Below are positions 62,801 through 64,000 of a stretch of DNA of 64,000 nt, in pieces. The position numbers and the translations under genes were made by a program. Where the stretch lies: the sequence record NC_135731.1; one strand, given 5' to 3'. Under the pieces are notes generated by a model. It saw only the letters and a list, made by a program, of their open reading frames with translations, had not been told where the DNA came from and did no database searches. Every line of letters starts with the position of its first letter. The first letter of the stretch is position 1. This stretch comes from a phage.

Positions 62801-64000
62801 ATGGTAATAAATAATACGGCGAACACCTTCATCGTACCACCCACGCTTCACCATTTGATGGTGCATGAGTATCCCAACTAAGTCACACAACGATGCGCCG
62901 CCATTTTGTTGGTATGCATTAAGTAAAGAGTGTTTAGATCGGGTCCAGATAGCATGACCATCAAAAGAGTAGATAAACTTCTTACCCGTTGCTTCCCAGA
63001 ATTTCTCCAGATCTTCTTTACGCCCCTTAAGACCGGGGTTGGCATCCCAAAGTGCATCTATTACCCTTTGCCCCAACTCTGGAGAGATGTCCAGCATATC
63101 TGCAACTTTATCTTTTTGTGCCCCGTACATAACACCATACGTGATAGGTTTACCGTCGTTACGGGACACCTCTCTGCCTGCTACTTTTGTATATGCCTCA
63201 GCATTGTTTTGGTGTGCGTCTCCGTTACTTACAACATCATAATACAGGCCGTTGTCGAACTCAAAGGCACCCCAAGCCCCGATAAGCTGCTCTAAGTTGG
63301 ACCCGTCAATACCGATCTGAAAGTATCCAGGAGGAACACCCCATAGACTACGCATCTCTTTACCCATAACCACTTTAGGAGATGGTTTAGGCATGTTTGC
63401 ACAAATACTGTGTTTCTGTCTGGAAGTGTTTGTTAGCCCAGAACTTTTAGCAGGAAGCTTATGGTCAATCTTCAAACGTGGGTGATTAAGAAGACCAGTA
63501 TCAACCTTATCCTCCTTGATTGGGTCAAGGACCGATCTGCGGTTTCGCAATGATAACCACAAGACGATATCTTTAGCCATCTCTCCGTTCAATTTTTCAA
63601 GATTCGGACACAGGTGTCCAAACGTATCTTTCAGTTGCGGAGAAGTAATAAGTGCCCTGGCTTTTCTACGTATTTTCCCGAACACTTCCTTTTTAATCCT
63701 TTCGGAGTTAGGAAAGCTTCGGAACTTGTGCACGGTTGTCTGGAACTTAGCATCAGTTTTGTTCCAGAAGTTGATAATTAGGTCACAATACTCTGACTCT
63801 AAAAGCTCGTCCATATAAGCATATACTCGTGCATCAACATCTGCATCAGGTAGAGCTTTCTTCTTGCTGTCTTTAGTTACATCCTTAGTTCTCCACATTG
63901 TCGGGAGCCAGCCAGCGCTGATCAGATACCGCTTAATGTCGTCCTGATTGCTGATTTTCATAGGTATCTTGCAGTCCGGCATTCGCTTCTGCTGTAGATC
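62801..64000 (-). CDS. DNA polymerase (family A, T7-like), upstream exon, 5'-partial at window edge
   Basis: Motif A IGIDGSNLEQL, motif B RNDGKPITYGVMYGAQKDKVADML colinear with T7 gp5; frame hits stop 2 codons after the splice site, before motif C. Confidence 0.75.

Noticed and set aside
62795-63982. DNA polymerase as a truncated pseudogene
   Set aside because: Truncation falls exactly before motif C and the missing part is found in frame downstream with canonical group I splice-site pairings; an intron explains this better than gene decay.

Overview
This 64 kb window reads as the early/DNA-metabolism region of a large virulent dsDNA bacteriophage (about 42% GC, very dense short genes, many TTGACA-type sigma70 promoters, Shine-Dalgarno sites and frequent ATGA start/stop overlaps). 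Genes on the + strand (about 1.1-40.0 kb) and on the - strand (42.5-64 kb) converge on a 2.5 kb non-coding hub (40.05-42.55 kb) packed with repeats and nested palindromes. Recognisable genes: a tRNA-repair-like cassette (metallophosphatase and P-loop kinase on -, T4 Rnl1-family RNA ligase on +), a sirtuin, a MazG-like protein, a DNA ligase, a lambda-R-type lysozyme, a flap endonuclease, RuvC-like and EndoVII-like resolvases, a DEDD exonuclease, two NPPY/NPPF DNA methyltransferases, dNMP kinase, a HAD nucleotidase, ThyX, NrdA/NrdB/glutaredoxin, NrdD/NrdG, PhoH, a ClpP-like protease, an HPF/RaiA ribosome-hibernation-factor homolog, a macro-domain-like protein, an SSB-like protein ending in DDDIPF, and the 3' part of a T7-like family A DNA polymerase. 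The strongest results are two related group I introns carrying HNH homing-endonuclease genes, one splitting nrdD and one splitting the polymerase just before motif C; the ORF at 61605-61961 is the polymerase's last exon, not a separate gene. Other points of interest are the split Pnkp-like repair cassette, the phage HPF homolog, a tandem array of about 11 small acidic paralogs, three families of repeated promoter/hairpin elements and two iteron-rich non-coding regions. All calls rest on reading the sequence and recalled motifs; no database search was run. No tRNA, rRNA or CRISPR array was found.
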